From an uncultured Alphaproteobacteria bacterium (GTDB taxonomy: Bacteria; Pseudomonadota; Alphaproteobacteria; Rhizobiales; Methyloligellaceae), in assembly GCA_963826465.1 (NCBI GenBank), contig CAWGXJ010000020.1, positions 142,806 through 206,805 on the forward strand: DNA of 64,000 nt, given 5' to 3'. Both the position numbers and the translations under genes were made by a program. Below, piece by piece: positions 48,562 through 58,970 of this stretch. Each line of letters starts with the position of its first letter. Within the stretch, counting starts at the first letter, position 1. Under the pieces are notes generated by a model. It had not been told where the DNA came from. It did no database searches and saw only the letters and a program-made list of their open reading frames with translations.

Positions 48562-49294
48562 GATAGGTCGCCGCGCGGAGCTCGGCGTCGTCCTCGCCGG
48601 CGAAGGTCGCCACCATCTCGCAGAGGACGCCGAAGCGGACGCCCTTGCCCGCCTCGTTCCACATCATGCTTTCTTCGGCCCCGATCGGCCGGAACCGCGC
48701 CATCAAATCCTGACGCCAGACGAGGAGGGCTTGCGGCTCGGGAAGGCGCACGGGCGCGGGCGGTGCGGTCTCGTCCTTGAGCGCCGACCAGATCTCGGCG
48801 GCGTTGGTGTCGAAGGTGAGGCGGATCGCCGTCGGGTGAGGCTCGAAGGTGAGATAAGGCCAGTCTTCGGCGGGGATCGACGCCAAGTCCTCGATGCCAA
48901 GGGGCGCTGCGTCGGGGCCGTCGAACGCGTCGGTAAGGGTCTTTTCGAGGGTGGCGATCTCGCTCACCTCGGGATGATTGGCAAAGGGCGCGGTCTCGCG
49001 CGCGAAGGCGGGGAGGTGGCGGCCGAACCAGCGGACGTTCCTCTGATCCGAGGGGTTCGCATCGATATAGGCTTTCACCAGCTGGGCGAAGCCGGCGTCG
49101 CCAAGATAGGCATGCGTTTGCTCGTAGTCCTCGCCGAGAATTTCCGCGAGCCGCGCGACATAGGCGTTGCGGTAGACGCCGAACAGCACGGTGCGTTTCT
49201 CCCGGGCGCTGTCGTTGACCTCGCCCAGAATGGCGTCGTCGCCCGCGAGGATGCCGCGCTGGAAGCTGTCCTGGAGCTCTTTGAGGCTCGTCAT
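48506..49294 (-). CDS. DUF2063-type MNIO partner protein (BufC/HvfC-like)
   Basis: LKELQDSFQRGIL, VYRNAYVARL, EIATLE, LVWRQD; ATGA overlap with the DUF692 gene. Confidence 0.85.
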   Translation of the reverse strand: MTSLKELQDSFQRGILAGDDAILGEVNDSAREKRTVLFGVYRNAYVARLAEILGEDYEQTHAYLGDAGFAQLVKAYIDANPSDQRNVRWFGRHLPAFARETAPFANHPEVSEIATLEKTLTDAFDGPDAAPLGIEDLASIPAEDWPYLTFEPHPTAIRLTFDTNAAEIWSALKDETAPPAPVRLPEPQALLVWRQDLMARFRPIGAEESMMWNEAGKGVRFGVLCEMVATFAGEDDAELRAATYLRGWVDTGMLAGCRVATD

Positions 49295-50145
49295 TCCGCC
49301 GCCGCAAGCCGCGCGTTCTCGCTCACTTCGCTGGCGATCTTGCGCGCGATGTCGAGCTCCGCGACCACCTCGGCGAGCGGCGGGATGTTGTCGTCGCGCT
49401 CGATCATGGTGGACACCGGGCCGAAATGGGTGACCGCCTCGCGATAGAAGTCCCACACCTCCTCGCAGACCGGATGATCGTGGGTGTCGATGATGTGGCT
49501 CTCCTCGTGGCTGTGTCCGGCCACGTGGAATTGGACGATCCGGTCGCGGGGCACGCCATGCAGGAACGCGTCGGTGGAGAAGCCGTGATTGAAGGCGCTC
49601 ACATAGACGTTGTTCACGTCGAACAGGAGCCAGCAATCGGCGCGGTTCGCCACCTCGGTGACGAACTCCCACTCGGTCATTTCCGATTGGCCGAAGGTGA
49701 CGTAGGTCGACACGTTCTCGAGCGTCAGGCGGCGGCCGAGGAAGTCCTGGACCTGGCTGACGCGGTCGACCACGTGGTCGAGGGCTTCTTCCGTGTAGGG
49801 GATTGGCAGGAGGTCGTGCAGGTTCACGCCGTGCACGCCGGTCCAGCACAGATGGTCAGAGATCCATTTCGGGTCGACCCGCTCGGCAAGAGTTTTCAGT
49901 GCGCCGAGATAGTCCATGTCGAGGGGGGCGGTGGAGGCGATGGACATCGACACGCCATGCATCACGACGGGGTAGCGCTCGCGGATCTGATCGAGGATGC
50001 GGAGCGGCTGGCCACCCGGGATCATGTAGTTCTCGGAGATGACCTCGAACCAGTCGACGGCGGGTGAGCCGTTCAGGATGTCCTCATAATGCTGAGGTCT
50101 GAGACCGAGACCGAAGCCGAGATATGGCGGCTTTGACGTGTTCAT
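49291..50145 (-). CDS. DUF692 multinuclear non-heme iron oxidative enzyme (MNIO; BufB/HvfB-like)
   Basis: GLGLRPQH, EVISENY, HGVSMSI, SDHLCW, HDLLPIP, LENVSTY, DVNNVYVSAFNH, HVAGH, IDTHD, IERDD. Confidence 0.96.
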   Translation of the reverse strand: MNTSKPPYLGFGLGLRPQHYEDILNGSPAVDWFEVISENYMIPGGQPLRILDQIRERYPVVMHGVSMSIASTAPLDMDYLGALKTLAERVDPKWISDHLCWTGVHGVNLHDLLPIPYTEEALDHVVDRVSQVQDFLGRRLTLENVSTYVTFGQSEMTEWEFVTEVANRADCWLLFDVNNVYVSAFNHGFSTDAFLHGVPRDRIVQFHVAGHSHEESHIIDTHDHPVCEEVWDFYREAVTHFGPVSTMIERDDNIPPLAEVVAELDIARKIASEVSENARLAAAE

Positions 50146-50232
50146 GACGCGCTCCTCGTCACATCCTATTCGCGAGGCCGGGTATTGACGAGGCCGGCCG
50201 CGAGGCACGGCCGGCCCCGGATTCGTCTGGGC

Positions 50233-50490
50233 TTAGCCGTTCTCGAACTGGCCGCCCTGATCGGCGCACTCGCTCTGGAGCATCGAGAGCCAGCCCTGGC
50301 CCTTGCACTTGTTCTGGCCTTTGCAGTCGTTATGGGCGCTCTTGCAAGCACCCTTACCGGCGCAGCCATTGACGCCGAAGCAACGGCCGTTGAGCTCGGT
50401 GGCCATGCTAGCGGTCGCCAGCGTGCCGGTCACGATCAAAGCCGCGGCAGTCATGGCGATCTTAGCACCGGACTTCTTGGTGAGCTTCAT
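50233..50490 (-). CDS. Secreted six-Cys RiPP precursor, bufferin BufA2-like
   Basis: AGGAGAGG SD; signal peptide; core CFGVNGCAGKGACKSAHNDCKGQNKCKGQGW...ECADQGG; first gene of the DUF692 operon. Confidence 0.88.
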   Translation of the reverse strand: MKLTKKSGAKIAMTAAALIVTGTLATASMATELNGRCFGVNGCAGKGACKSAHNDCKGQNKCKGQGWLSMLQSECADQGGQFENG

Positions 50491-50707
50491 ATTCCTCTCC
50501 TGTGCATGAGTTGGTTCGTGGCGGAGGCCACGCCCGAGCTATAGCCCTTATCCTCTGGGCCCTTTTGTCACTCCTGTTCAAAGGTCTGTGACTCTTTGTG
50601 TTCAGCCGTTTCATGCGGGCGCCGGAGGTTCACGACTTTGCATAACGCGCCATCGGCGATACCGGTTCGCGGGGCGGCCCGCTATGATCCCGCCCGGGAG
50701 GGAAGCG

Positions 50708-51544
50708 ATGAGCTTCAACGACATCATTGTTCATGTTGACGGAACCGAAGCCGCGAAGGCGCGGGTCGCGTTCGCCGTGGCCCTGGCCAAGGAGCAGGAC
50801 GCCCATCTGATCGGCGTCGCATTCGCGCCCAAGGCCTTGCTGCCGCTCTATGGCGCCGATGTCGGGTTCGCCGACATGAGCGAGGTGCTCGAAGGCGTGA
50901 AGGCGCAAGGCGAGGCTGCCCTCAAAAGCTTCAAGGCGTGTGCGGCTTCCGCCGGGGTCAGCGCCGAAGGCCGGCTCATGCAAGGCATGAGCGAGGAGTT
51001 CCCGCACGACTTCGCCGCCTTCGCCCGCCAGGTCGATTTGACTGTTCTCGGTCAGCCCCGCGACGGGGATCCGCTGATCGGGCAATACGCGCTGGTCGAA
51101 CGGTGTCTGTTCGCCTCGGGACGGCCGGTGATGATCGTTCCGGCGGCGCCTGCCGAGATCGCCCTCAACGGGACGATCGTCGCCGCCTGGGACGGCAGCG
51201 CGGAAGCGGCGCGCGCCTTCAACGACGCGCTCATCCTTCTCAAGCCGGCAACGCGCGTCGTGCTGCTGGTCGGTGTGATGGACCGGGCCGGCGAGAAGGC
51301 CGAGCCCGCCACCGACGACATGGTGGCCCATTTGAAGCGGCACGGCGTGAGCGTCGAGGTGGCGCGGGTGCCGGCGAGCGAGGGAGACATCGGGCGGCTG
51401 CTGCTGAGGCAAGCGAAGGAGCTCCAAGCCGACATGATCGTGATGGGCGCCTTCCATCATTCCCGCTGGCGGGAGCTCATTCTGGGCGGCGTGACCCTCA
51501 CCATGCTCGAAGAGGCGACCATCCCGTTGTTCATGGCTCATTGA
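50708..51544 (+). CDS. Universal stress protein (tandem USP domains)
   Basis: DIIVHVD, SGRPVMIVP, AWDGSAEAARA, IVMGAFHHSR, ILGGVT, PLFMAH. Confidence 0.93.
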   Translation: MSFNDIIVHVDGTEAAKARVAFAVALAKEQDAHLIGVAFAPKALLPLYGADVGFADMSEVLEGVKAQGEAALKSFKACAASAGVSAEGRLMQGMSEEFPHDFAAFARQVDLTVLGQPRDGDPLIGQYALVERCLFASGRPVMIVPAAPAEIALNGTIVAAWDGSAEAARAFNDALILLKPATRVVLLVGVMDRAGEKAEPATDDMVAHLKRHGVSVEVARVPASEGDIGRLLLRQAKELQADMIVMGAFHHSRWRELILGGVTLTMLEEATIPLFMAH

Positions 51545-51550
51545 GGCGGC

Positions 51551-51993
51551 ATGACGGTCCATCTCGTAAAGCTGTGTGTGGGCGTCGAGACCGTGCAGGA
51601 CCTTGCAGTGTGGCAGGCCGAGCGGCTGAGCAAGCTTGCGCAAGCCGGCGAGACGCCCGAGCTTCGCCACCGCACGCGGCAGACGCCGCGGCGGCGGGAC
51701 GAGATCCTCGAGGCGGCTCGCTCTATTGGGTGGTCAAAGGCTTCGTGCTGGTGCGCCAGCGCATCTTGGACCTCAAGGAGGCGACCAAGGATGACGGCAC
51801 GCCCTGTTGCGGCATCGTGCTCGATGCCGAGCTCGTGACGACGCGGCCCCAGCCCCGCCGTGCCTTCCAAGGCTGGCGCTATTTGGAGCCGAGCGATGCG
51901 CCGGCGGATGCGCGCGCTCTTACGGGCGCGGAGGCCAATATCCCGCCGGGCATGCGCGAGGAATTGCGCGAGCTTCGCCTGATCGATTGGTAA
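51551..51993 (+). CDS. DUF1489 family protein; frameshift near 51711
   Basis: HLVKLCVG...HRTRQTPRR, then shifted GGSLYWVVKG...RAFQGWRYL. Confidence 0.88.
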
Positions 51994-51994
51994 G

Positions 51995-52852
51995 CTAGGC
52001 GCCGAGCGGCATTGGCACGTTGTCGATCAGCCGCGTCTTGCCGAGATGAACGGCGGCCAGCACGCGCGCCGCCTTCACCGGCCCATGCAACGGCTTCAAC
52101 GTGTCGGGGTCGCGCACCGCCACGTAGTCGACGCGAAAGCCCGCCGCTTCGAGCTTGAAGCGCCCGGCCTCCGCGGCAGCGTCGGCGCCGCAGCCTTGCT
52201 CGAGCTCCAGGGCAACCTGCCTGATGGTCCGATGCAGGATCGGTGCGAGCGCGCGCTCCGGCGGCGACAGATAGGCGTTGCGCGAGGAGAGCGCGAGCCC
52301 GTCGTCCTCGCGCACGATCGGGCCGCCCGTGATCTCCACCGGGATGTTGAGATCGCGGACGAGGCGCTTGATGACGAGAAGCTGCTGGTAGTCCTTCTCG
52401 CCGAAGATCGCCTTGTCCGGCGCGCATTGCAGAAGAAGCTTGGTGACCACGGTGGCGACGCCGTCGAAATGGTTGGGCCGGGAGGCGCCGCAGAGGTCCT
52501 CGGTGAGATCGCCGACGCTCACCTTGGTGGAGAAATGCGGCGGATACATCTCGCTCGCCTCGGGCGCATAAAGAAGCTCGCTGCCGGCGGCGGTGAGCGC
52601 GGTCGCGTCGCGGGACTCGTCGCGGGGATAGGCGTGGAAGTCCTCCCGCGGGCCGAATTGCAGCGGGTTGACGAACAGGGAGGTGACGACGCGATCGGCT
52701 TGGGTCTTAGCGAGGGTAACCAGGGACAAATGGCCGGCATGGATCGCGCCCATGGTCGGCACCAGCGCCACCGTCTCACCGGCCTTGCGCCATGCGGCCA
52801 CGCGGGTCCGTAAGTCGCGAACGGTCCTCACAATGTCGATGGCGCGTGTCAT
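51995..52852 (-). CDS. panC: Pantoate--beta-alanine ligase
   Basis: VPTMGAIHAGH, FVNPLQFG, FGEKDYQQ, GLALSSRNAYL, RLIDN. Confidence 0.98.
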   Translation of the reverse strand: MTRAIDIVRTVRDLRTRVAAWRKAGETVALVPTMGAIHAGHLSLVTLAKTQADRVVTSLFVNPLQFGPREDFHAYPRDESRDATALTAAGSELLYAPEASEMYPPHFSTKVSVGDLTEDLCGASRPNHFDGVATVVTKLLLQCAPDKAIFGEKDYQQLLVIKRLVRDLNIPVEITGGPIVREDDGLALSSRNAYLSPPERALAPILHRTIRQVALELEQGCGADAAAEAGRFKLEAAGFRVDYVAVRDPDTLKPLHGPVKAARVLAAVHLGKTRLIDNVPMPLGA

Positions 52853-52919
52853 GGCGGTCTCCGGCGGGCCGCGACCATAGCGTCTCGAAGGATACGGCCG
52901 GAAGGACTAAATTGACGCC

Positions 52920-55900
52920 ATGGGCGAGCCTCGAGCAGACATCGCCGCCACTGTCCGACTGCCAAGCCGCGAGGCGATCGGCGAAGCCTTGCTCGCCGAC
53001 GAAGACGCTCTGGTCGCGGCGCTCATCGACAAGGCCCGTTTCAGCGACGCCGAGCGGGAGCGCATCGAGACGGTCGCCGTGCGCCTGGTCGAGGCGGCGC
53101 GGGCCGGGCGGCGGGAGTCCGGCGGGGTCGATTCCTTCCTCGCCGAGTATGGGCTGTCGAGCGAGGAAGGTGTCCTCCTGCTCTGCCTCGCCGAGGCGCT
53201 GCTGCGCATCCCCGACGCCGCCACGGCGGACCGCCTGATCGCCGGCACCATCGGCACGGGCGACTGGGAGCGCCATGTCGGCCATTCGGACTCCGTGCTG
53301 GTCAACGCCTCCACCTGGGGGCTGATGCTGACCGGGCACATCCTCGACTGGGGCCTCGGCAAGGTTCGGGACCTCGGCAGCCTGATCCAACGTTTGATTG
53401 CGCGGAGCGGCGAGCCGGTGATCCGCCAGGCGCTGCGCCAGGCCATGCGCATCTTGGGCAACCAGTTCGTTCTGGGCGAGACCATCGAGGAGGCGCTGTC
53501 CAACGCCGAGGACGAGGCGAGGGCAGGGCTATCGCTTCTCCTTCGACATGCTGGGGGAGGCGGCCCGCACGGCGGAGGACGCCGCGCGCTACACGGCCCG
53601 CTACGAAGAGGCGGTGGCGGCCATCGCCGCCTGGGCCGGCGAGCCTACGTCGCGCACCGATGAGGTGCTGCACGCGCGGCCCGGGCTGTCGGTGAAGCTC
53701 TCGGCGCTGCATCCCCGCTATGAGCCGTCGCAAGAGGCGCGGCTGCACGAGGAGCTCATGCCGCGGCTCGCTTCGCTCGCGCAAGCCATGCGGGACGCGT
53801 GGCTGCCGCTCACCATCGACGCGGAGGAGGCGGAGCGGCTCGATCTCTCGCTCGCCATGCTGGAGAAGCTGTTCACCGATCCGGCGCTCTCCGGCTGGAA
53901 CGGTCTCGGGCTCGCGGTGCAAGCCTACTCCAAGCGGGCGCTGCCGCTTATCGACTGGTTGGCTGGGGTCGCGGAAGCCACAGGGCGCCGCATTCCGGTG
54001 CGCCTGGTGAAGGGCGCCTACTGGGACAGCGAGATCAAATGGGCGCAGGAGGCGGGGCTTGCCAGCTATCCCGTGTTTACGCGGAAGGTGAATACCGACG
54101 TCGCCTATCTCGCGGCGGCGCGGGCGCTTCTCGCACGGCCCGATTGCTTCTACCCGCAATTCGCCACCCACAACGCTCACACCATCGCGGCGATCGCCGA
54201 GCTTGCCGGAAGCCAGCCATACGAGTTCCAGCGGCTGTACGGCATGGGACAGGCCCTCCACCGCGAGGTCGTGCACCCTGAAGCCTTGGGCAAGCCATGC
54301 CGCATCTATGCGCCGGTGGGCGGCCATCGCGATCTGCTCGCTTATCTCGTGCGCCGGCTGTTGGAGAACGGCGCCAATACCTCCTTCGTGAATCGCTTGG
54401 CGGATGACGCGGCGCCCATCGCGGCGATCGTCGCCGATCCCGTCGAGAAGGCGGCGGCGCTGCCGGAGAAAGCGAACCCGCTGATCCCGCCGCCGCCGAA
54501 GCTCTATGCGCCGGCGCGAAAGAACAGCCTCGGCCTGCCGCTGTGGGAGACGTCGATCCGCGCGCCCGCTGGCCGGTACGATCGCGGGCGCGCTTGAAGA
54601 CGCCGGCGACCGCCGGTCCCATCGTGTCGGGCCGCGTGGTCGAGACGGGTGGGGAGGTGATCGAGATCACCTCGCCGCACGACCGGCGCGTGGTGGTCGG
54701 CAGGTGCCGCACGGCGGATCGCGCCGCCATCGATGCGGCGCTCGGCGCGGCGAAGACGGCAAGCGAGGCTTGGGACCGAAGCGGCGGCGTGGCGCGGGCG
54801 GAGATCCTGGAGCGCGCCGCCGATCTCTTCGAGGCGGACCGTCCGCGGCTCATGGCGCTCATGGTGCGTGAGGCCGGGAAGACGCTGGCCAACGCGCAAG
54901 CCGACTTGCGCGAGGCGGTCGATTTCCTGCGCTACTACGCAGCGGAAGCGCGCGCCAAGTTCGAGATGCCCCAATTCATGGTGGGGCCGACAGGCGAGCG
55001 CAACGAGATGAGCTTGCATGGGCGCGGTGTGTTCGCGGCGATCTCGCCGTGGAACTTCCCGCTCGCCATCTTCACCGGCCAGATCGCGGGCGCCCTTGCC
55101 GCGGGCAACGCCGTGGTGGCCAAGCCGGCCGAGCAGACGCCGCTGGTTGCGGCCCGCGCCGTGCGCCTCCTGCATCAGGCGGGTGTTCCGGGGGACGTGC
55201 TGCATCTCTTACCCGGCCGTGGCGAGGTGGTCGGCGCCGCGTTGGTCGCCGACCCGCGTGTGGACGGCGTGGTGTTCACCGGCGGCACCGACACCGGCCG
55301 CGCCATCAACCGGGCGCTTGCCGCGCGCGACGGGCCGATCCCGAAGCTCATCGCCGAGACCGGCGGGCTCAACGCCATGATCGTCGACTCCTCGGCGCTC
55401 CCCGAGCAGGTCGTGGACGATGCGCTGCGGTCCGCCTTCGACAGCGCCGGTCAGCGCTGCTCGGCCTTACGCGTCCTCTTCCTTCAGGAGGACGTCGCCG
55501 ATGCGACCCTCGACATGCTGGTCGGCGCTGCGCGGGAACTCACGATCGGCGATCCCCTCGACTACGCTACCGATATCGGCCCGGTCATCGACGAAGAGGC
55601 CAAGGCGGCGCTCGAGGCCCACAAAGCCAAGATGCGAAGCGAGGCCCGTGAACTGCTCGACTTGCCGCTCGGGGCCGGCCAGGCGCACGGCACCTATGTG
55701 GCGCCCGCCATCTACGAGATCCCGAAGATCGGCATGCTCGAGCGCGAGGTGTTCGGGCCCATCCTGCACGTCGTCCGCTTCCCTGGTGAACGCCTCGGCG
55801 CCGTGTGCGAAGCGATCAACGCAACAGGCTATGGACTGACGCTCGGCCTGCACAGCCGCATCAAGGCAACGGCCGACTTCGTGGCGGCGCGGGTCAAGGT

Positions 55901-56105
55901 CGGCAACATGTATGTGAACCGGAACCAGATCGGCGCCGTGGTCGGTGTCCAGCCCTTCGGCGGGGAGGGCCTGTCCGGCACCGGGCCAAAGGCGGGGGGA
56001 CCGCATTACCTCGAGGCCTTCGCCGTGGAGCGGGTGCGGACGACGGACCTCACCGCCTCGGGCGGGAACGCCAGCCTGCTTGAGGCCGGCGGCGACGAGC
56101 CCTGA
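52920..56105 (+). CDS. putA: Bifunctional proline dehydrogenase / P5C dehydrogenase PutA; frameshifts near 53527 and 54565-54595
   Basis: LCLAEALLRIPD, FDMLGEAA, SVKLSALHPRY, RLVKGAYWDSE, LLENGANTSFV, ISPWNFPLAIF, AGQRCSALR, QPFGGEGLSGTGPKAGG across three ORF pieces. Confidence 0.95.
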
Positions 56106-56181
56106 TCGGCAGCATTGTCGCGGGTGGATTAAGGGTCCATCTATAGCGAGAAGACTAATTTTGCCGTGGAGTTTGAGCCGC

Positions 56182-56898
56182 ATGGCAGAGCCTAAAGCGC
56201 CAGCGAACACCGCGACCGGCCATGTCGCGCGCAACACCTCGTCGCGTGCCGAGGTGGACTCGTTCCTGGAGCAGGTGCGGGGGCTTCAGCCTGCCGTGTC
56301 GGGCCGCGGCCGGCTGATCTTCGCCATGGACGCCACCATGAGCCGGCAGCCCTCTTGGGATCTCGCGCTCGAGCTTCAGGCCGACATGTTCCGGGCCGTG
56401 AAGGAAGTCGGCGGCCTCGACGTCCAGCTCATCTATTTCCGGGGCTTCAACGAGTGCCAGGCCAGCAAATGGGTCGGCGATCCGGATGCGCTCGCGCGCC
56501 TGATGCGCCAGGTTCATTGCGAGGGCGGCCATACCCAAATCCGCAAGGTGCTGAGCCACGCCCGCCGGGAGACCGAGAAGCGGACGGTCAACGCGCTCGT
56601 CTATGTGGGCGACTGCATGGAGGAGGACATCGATCAGCTCAGTCAGCTTGCCGGCGAGCTGGGGCTGGTCCGCGTGCCCGTCTTCCTCTTCCAGGAAGGG
56701 CGCGAGCCGCGCGCCGAGCGGGCCTTCAAGGAGATCGCGCGGCTCTCGCGCGGCGCCTATTGCCGGTTCGATGCAGGCTCGGCGGGTCAGCTTCGCGAAC
56801 TGCTCACGGCCGTGGCGGTCTATGCCACCGGCGGCCGCAAGGCACTCGAGAAATCGAAGAGCGGCGCGGCGGTTCTTCTCCTTCAGCAGCTCGGCTGA
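56182..56898 (+). CDS. VWA domain protein
   Basis: LIFAMDATMSR MIDAS-like motif, GGHTQI, VGDCME. Confidence 0.88.
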   Translation: MAEPKAPANTATGHVARNTSSRAEVDSFLEQVRGLQPAVSGRGRLIFAMDATMSRQPSWDLALELQADMFRAVKEVGGLDVQLIYFRGFNECQASKWVGDPDALARLMRQVHCEGGHTQIRKVLSHARRETEKRTVNALVYVGDCMEEDIDQLSQLAGELGLVRVPVFLFQEGREPRAERAFKEIARLSRGAYCRFDAGSAGQLRELLTAVAVYATGGRKALEKSKSGAAVLLLQQLG

Positions 56899-56908
56899 CG
56901 GCGACGCC

Positions 56909-57625
56909 ATGACTTACTTCCTGGCGGGCTGCGCGGTTCTCGTGCTTCTCATTTTCGGCGCGCGGTTCATTGCGACTGTCGATCCGCGCAAGCTCGCAGG
57001 CGGATTGCGCAAGGGCGGCGGCATCGTGCTCTTCGCCGTGGCGGCACTCCTCGCCGTCCGGGGCGCGCTTCCCATTGCCATTCCGCTTGCCGCGTTCGCA
57101 CTGGCACTGGTCAGCGGCAGTGGCGGCGGTTTCGGCGGCATGTTCGGCGGCTCGTCGCAAAAGTCGCCGGGGCAGACCTCCCATGTTGGGACGGAGCGCC
57201 TGGAAATGGAGCTCGATCACGACAGCGGCCACATGGACGGAACGTGCCTCACCGGACGGTTTGCCGGCCGCAGGCTGTCGTCCTTGAGCGACCGGGAGGC
57301 GATCGAGCTTTACCTGGAATTCGAGACCGACCGCCTCAAGGAGGCGGCACTCATGGAGGCCTATCTCGACTGGCGCATCTCCGGCTGGCGCGACCGCAAG
57401 GACGAGTTCGGCGCCCGGGCCGACCGCGGCCGGGCTCAGTCCAAGGGAGGCCGCATGAGCCGCGAGGAAGCCCGCGCCGTGCTCGACGTGGGACAGGATG
57501 CGTCCGACGAGGACATCCGGCAGGCGCACCGCCGGCTGATGATGAAGATGCATCCCGACCAGGGCGGCTCGACCTATCTCGCGGCGCGCATCAACGAGGC
57601 GAAGGAAGTCCTGCTCGGCCGCTAG
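56909..57625 (+). CDS. Membrane-anchored protein with C-terminal J domain (Pam18/Tim14-like)
   Basis: N-terminal TM segments; MSREEARAVL...AHRRLMMKMHPDQGGSTYLAARINEAK. Confidence 0.9.
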   Translation: MTYFLAGCAVLVLLIFGARFIATVDPRKLAGGLRKGGGIVLFAVAALLAVRGALPIAIPLAAFALALVSGSGGGFGGMFGGSSQKSPGQTSHVGTERLEMELDHDSGHMDGTCLTGRFAGRRLSSLSDREAIELYLEFETDRLKEAALMEAYLDWRISGWRDRKDEFGARADRGRAQSKGGRMSREEARAVLDVGQDASDEDIRQAHRRLMMKMHPDQGGSTYLAARINEAKEVLLGR

Positions 57626-57650
57626 GCCGAGACCGGCAAAGTCCTTTGCG

Positions 57651-58970
57651 CTATTCGGCCGACATGGCGATGCAGTCGAGCGACATGCGCTTCAGGGCCG
57701 CGCAGGTCTCCTGGGCGTCGCCCTTGGAGAAGCCGGCGAAGCGCGCCCGGTACCATTCCGTGTCGCCTCTCGTGAAGGTGGCGGTGAAGGGCATGTGCCC
57801 GCCGAGCAGTTTGGAGGCCCGCTGCTGCACCATGCCGAGGCGGTTCTGGGCATCGGACTCGGAGGTGTAGGCGCCCACCTGGACATGGTAGCTGCCGGCA
57901 TAGCGGAGCCCTTTCGAGCTGCCGTGGGACGCGGACCGGTTCGGCGAGAGGCTCGCTTGCACGGTGTCGCCCGGACCGCTGGTGTCACCCTGTCCCTGTG
58001 CGGCATCGACATCCATGGACGCGGGCGCCGCTCCGGCGAGAGCGAAGGCTTGCGGCTTCCGATCCGGCGGCGGCGGCGAGGACGAGCCGAACAGCGAGGC
58101 GATCAGCCCCGTGGACTTGCCGCTTGAGGCCTTGGACCAATGCTTGTCCAGCAGCGCGCGCATGGCGGCGTCGCGTTGGGCGCTGGTGCGGCCGCCGAGG
58201 ACGACGCCGACGAGATGCTTGTCGCCGCGCTCGACCGAGGCCGTCAGGTTGAAGCCGCTGGCCCGCGTATAGCCGGTCTTGATGCCGTTGGTGCCTTTGT
58301 AGCCGAAGAGAAGATGGTTGTGGTTCCGGTAGCGCTGGCCGTTATAGGTGAAGTACTTCGTCTCGAAGAACCCGTAATACTCCGGGTAATCGCGCATGAT
58401 GTGCATGGCGAGAATGGCCATGTCCCGCGCCGAGGTCAGTTGCCCGTCGGCGGGCAGGCCGGAGGCGTTGTAGAAAGTCGTGTTCTTCATGCCGAGGTTG
58501 CGCGCCGTCTGGGTCATCATGCGGGCGAAGTTCGCCTCGGTGCCCCCGAGATTCTCGGCAATGCACGCCGCGGCGTCGTTGGCCGACTTTGTCACCAGCC
58601 CCTTGATGGCATCGATGACCTTGATGGTGGAACCCGGTTTCAGGCCGAGCTTGGTCGGGGCTTGGGCGGCCGCGTGGGGCGTCACCACGAGGTCCGTGTC
58701 ATAGGTGAGCTTGCCCGCGCGCAAGTAAGCGAACAGCACGTAGAGCGTCATGATCTTGGTGAGCGAGGCCGGCGCGCGCTGGGCGTCGGCCGAATCCGCA
58801 TAGAGGACGCTGTTGGTGTTGGCGTCGACGATGATAGCGGCTTTGATGGAGCTGCCGGCGGCCGCCTCGCTCAACGGCGCGAGCGCTGCCCCAAAGCTGA
58901 GCAGGAGCGTAAGGTTCAGGCAGGCAAACCCGCGAAACCACGCCCAGAATTTACGCTTTTCGACTTCCAC
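57651..58970 (-). CDS. D-alanyl-D-alanine carboxypeptidase (S11) with C-terminal SPOR domain
   Basis: PASLTKIMT (SxxK), SANDAA (SxN), IKTGYT (KTG); VQVGAY...YRARFAG. Confidence 0.94.
   Translation of the reverse strand: MEVEKRKFWAWFRGFACLNLTLLLSFGAALAPLSEAAAGSSIKAAIIVDANTNSVLYADSADAQRAPASLTKIMTLYVLFAYLRAGKLTYDTDLVVTPHAAAQAPTKLGLKPGSTIKVIDAIKGLVTKSANDAAACIAENLGGTEANFARMMTQTARNLGMKNTTFYNASGLPADGQLTSARDMAILAMHIMRDYPEYYGFFETKYFTYNGQRYRNHNHLLFGYKGTNGIKTGYTRASGFNLTASVERGDKHLVGVVLGGRTSAQRDAAMRALLDKHWSKASSGKSTGLIASLFGSSSPPPPDRKPQAFALAGAAPASMDVDAAQGQGDTSGPGDTVQASLSPNRSASHGSSKGLRYAGSYHVQVGAYTSESDAQNRLGMVQQRASKLLGGHMPFTATFTRGDTEWYRARFAGFSKGDAQETCAALKRMSLDCIAMSAE

Noticed and set aside
52920-56105. putA as split genes or a programmed frameshift (also clpA and lipB)
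   Set aside because: Breaks fall mid-domain, without recognisable slippery sites or restart signals, and match the window-wide indel pattern.
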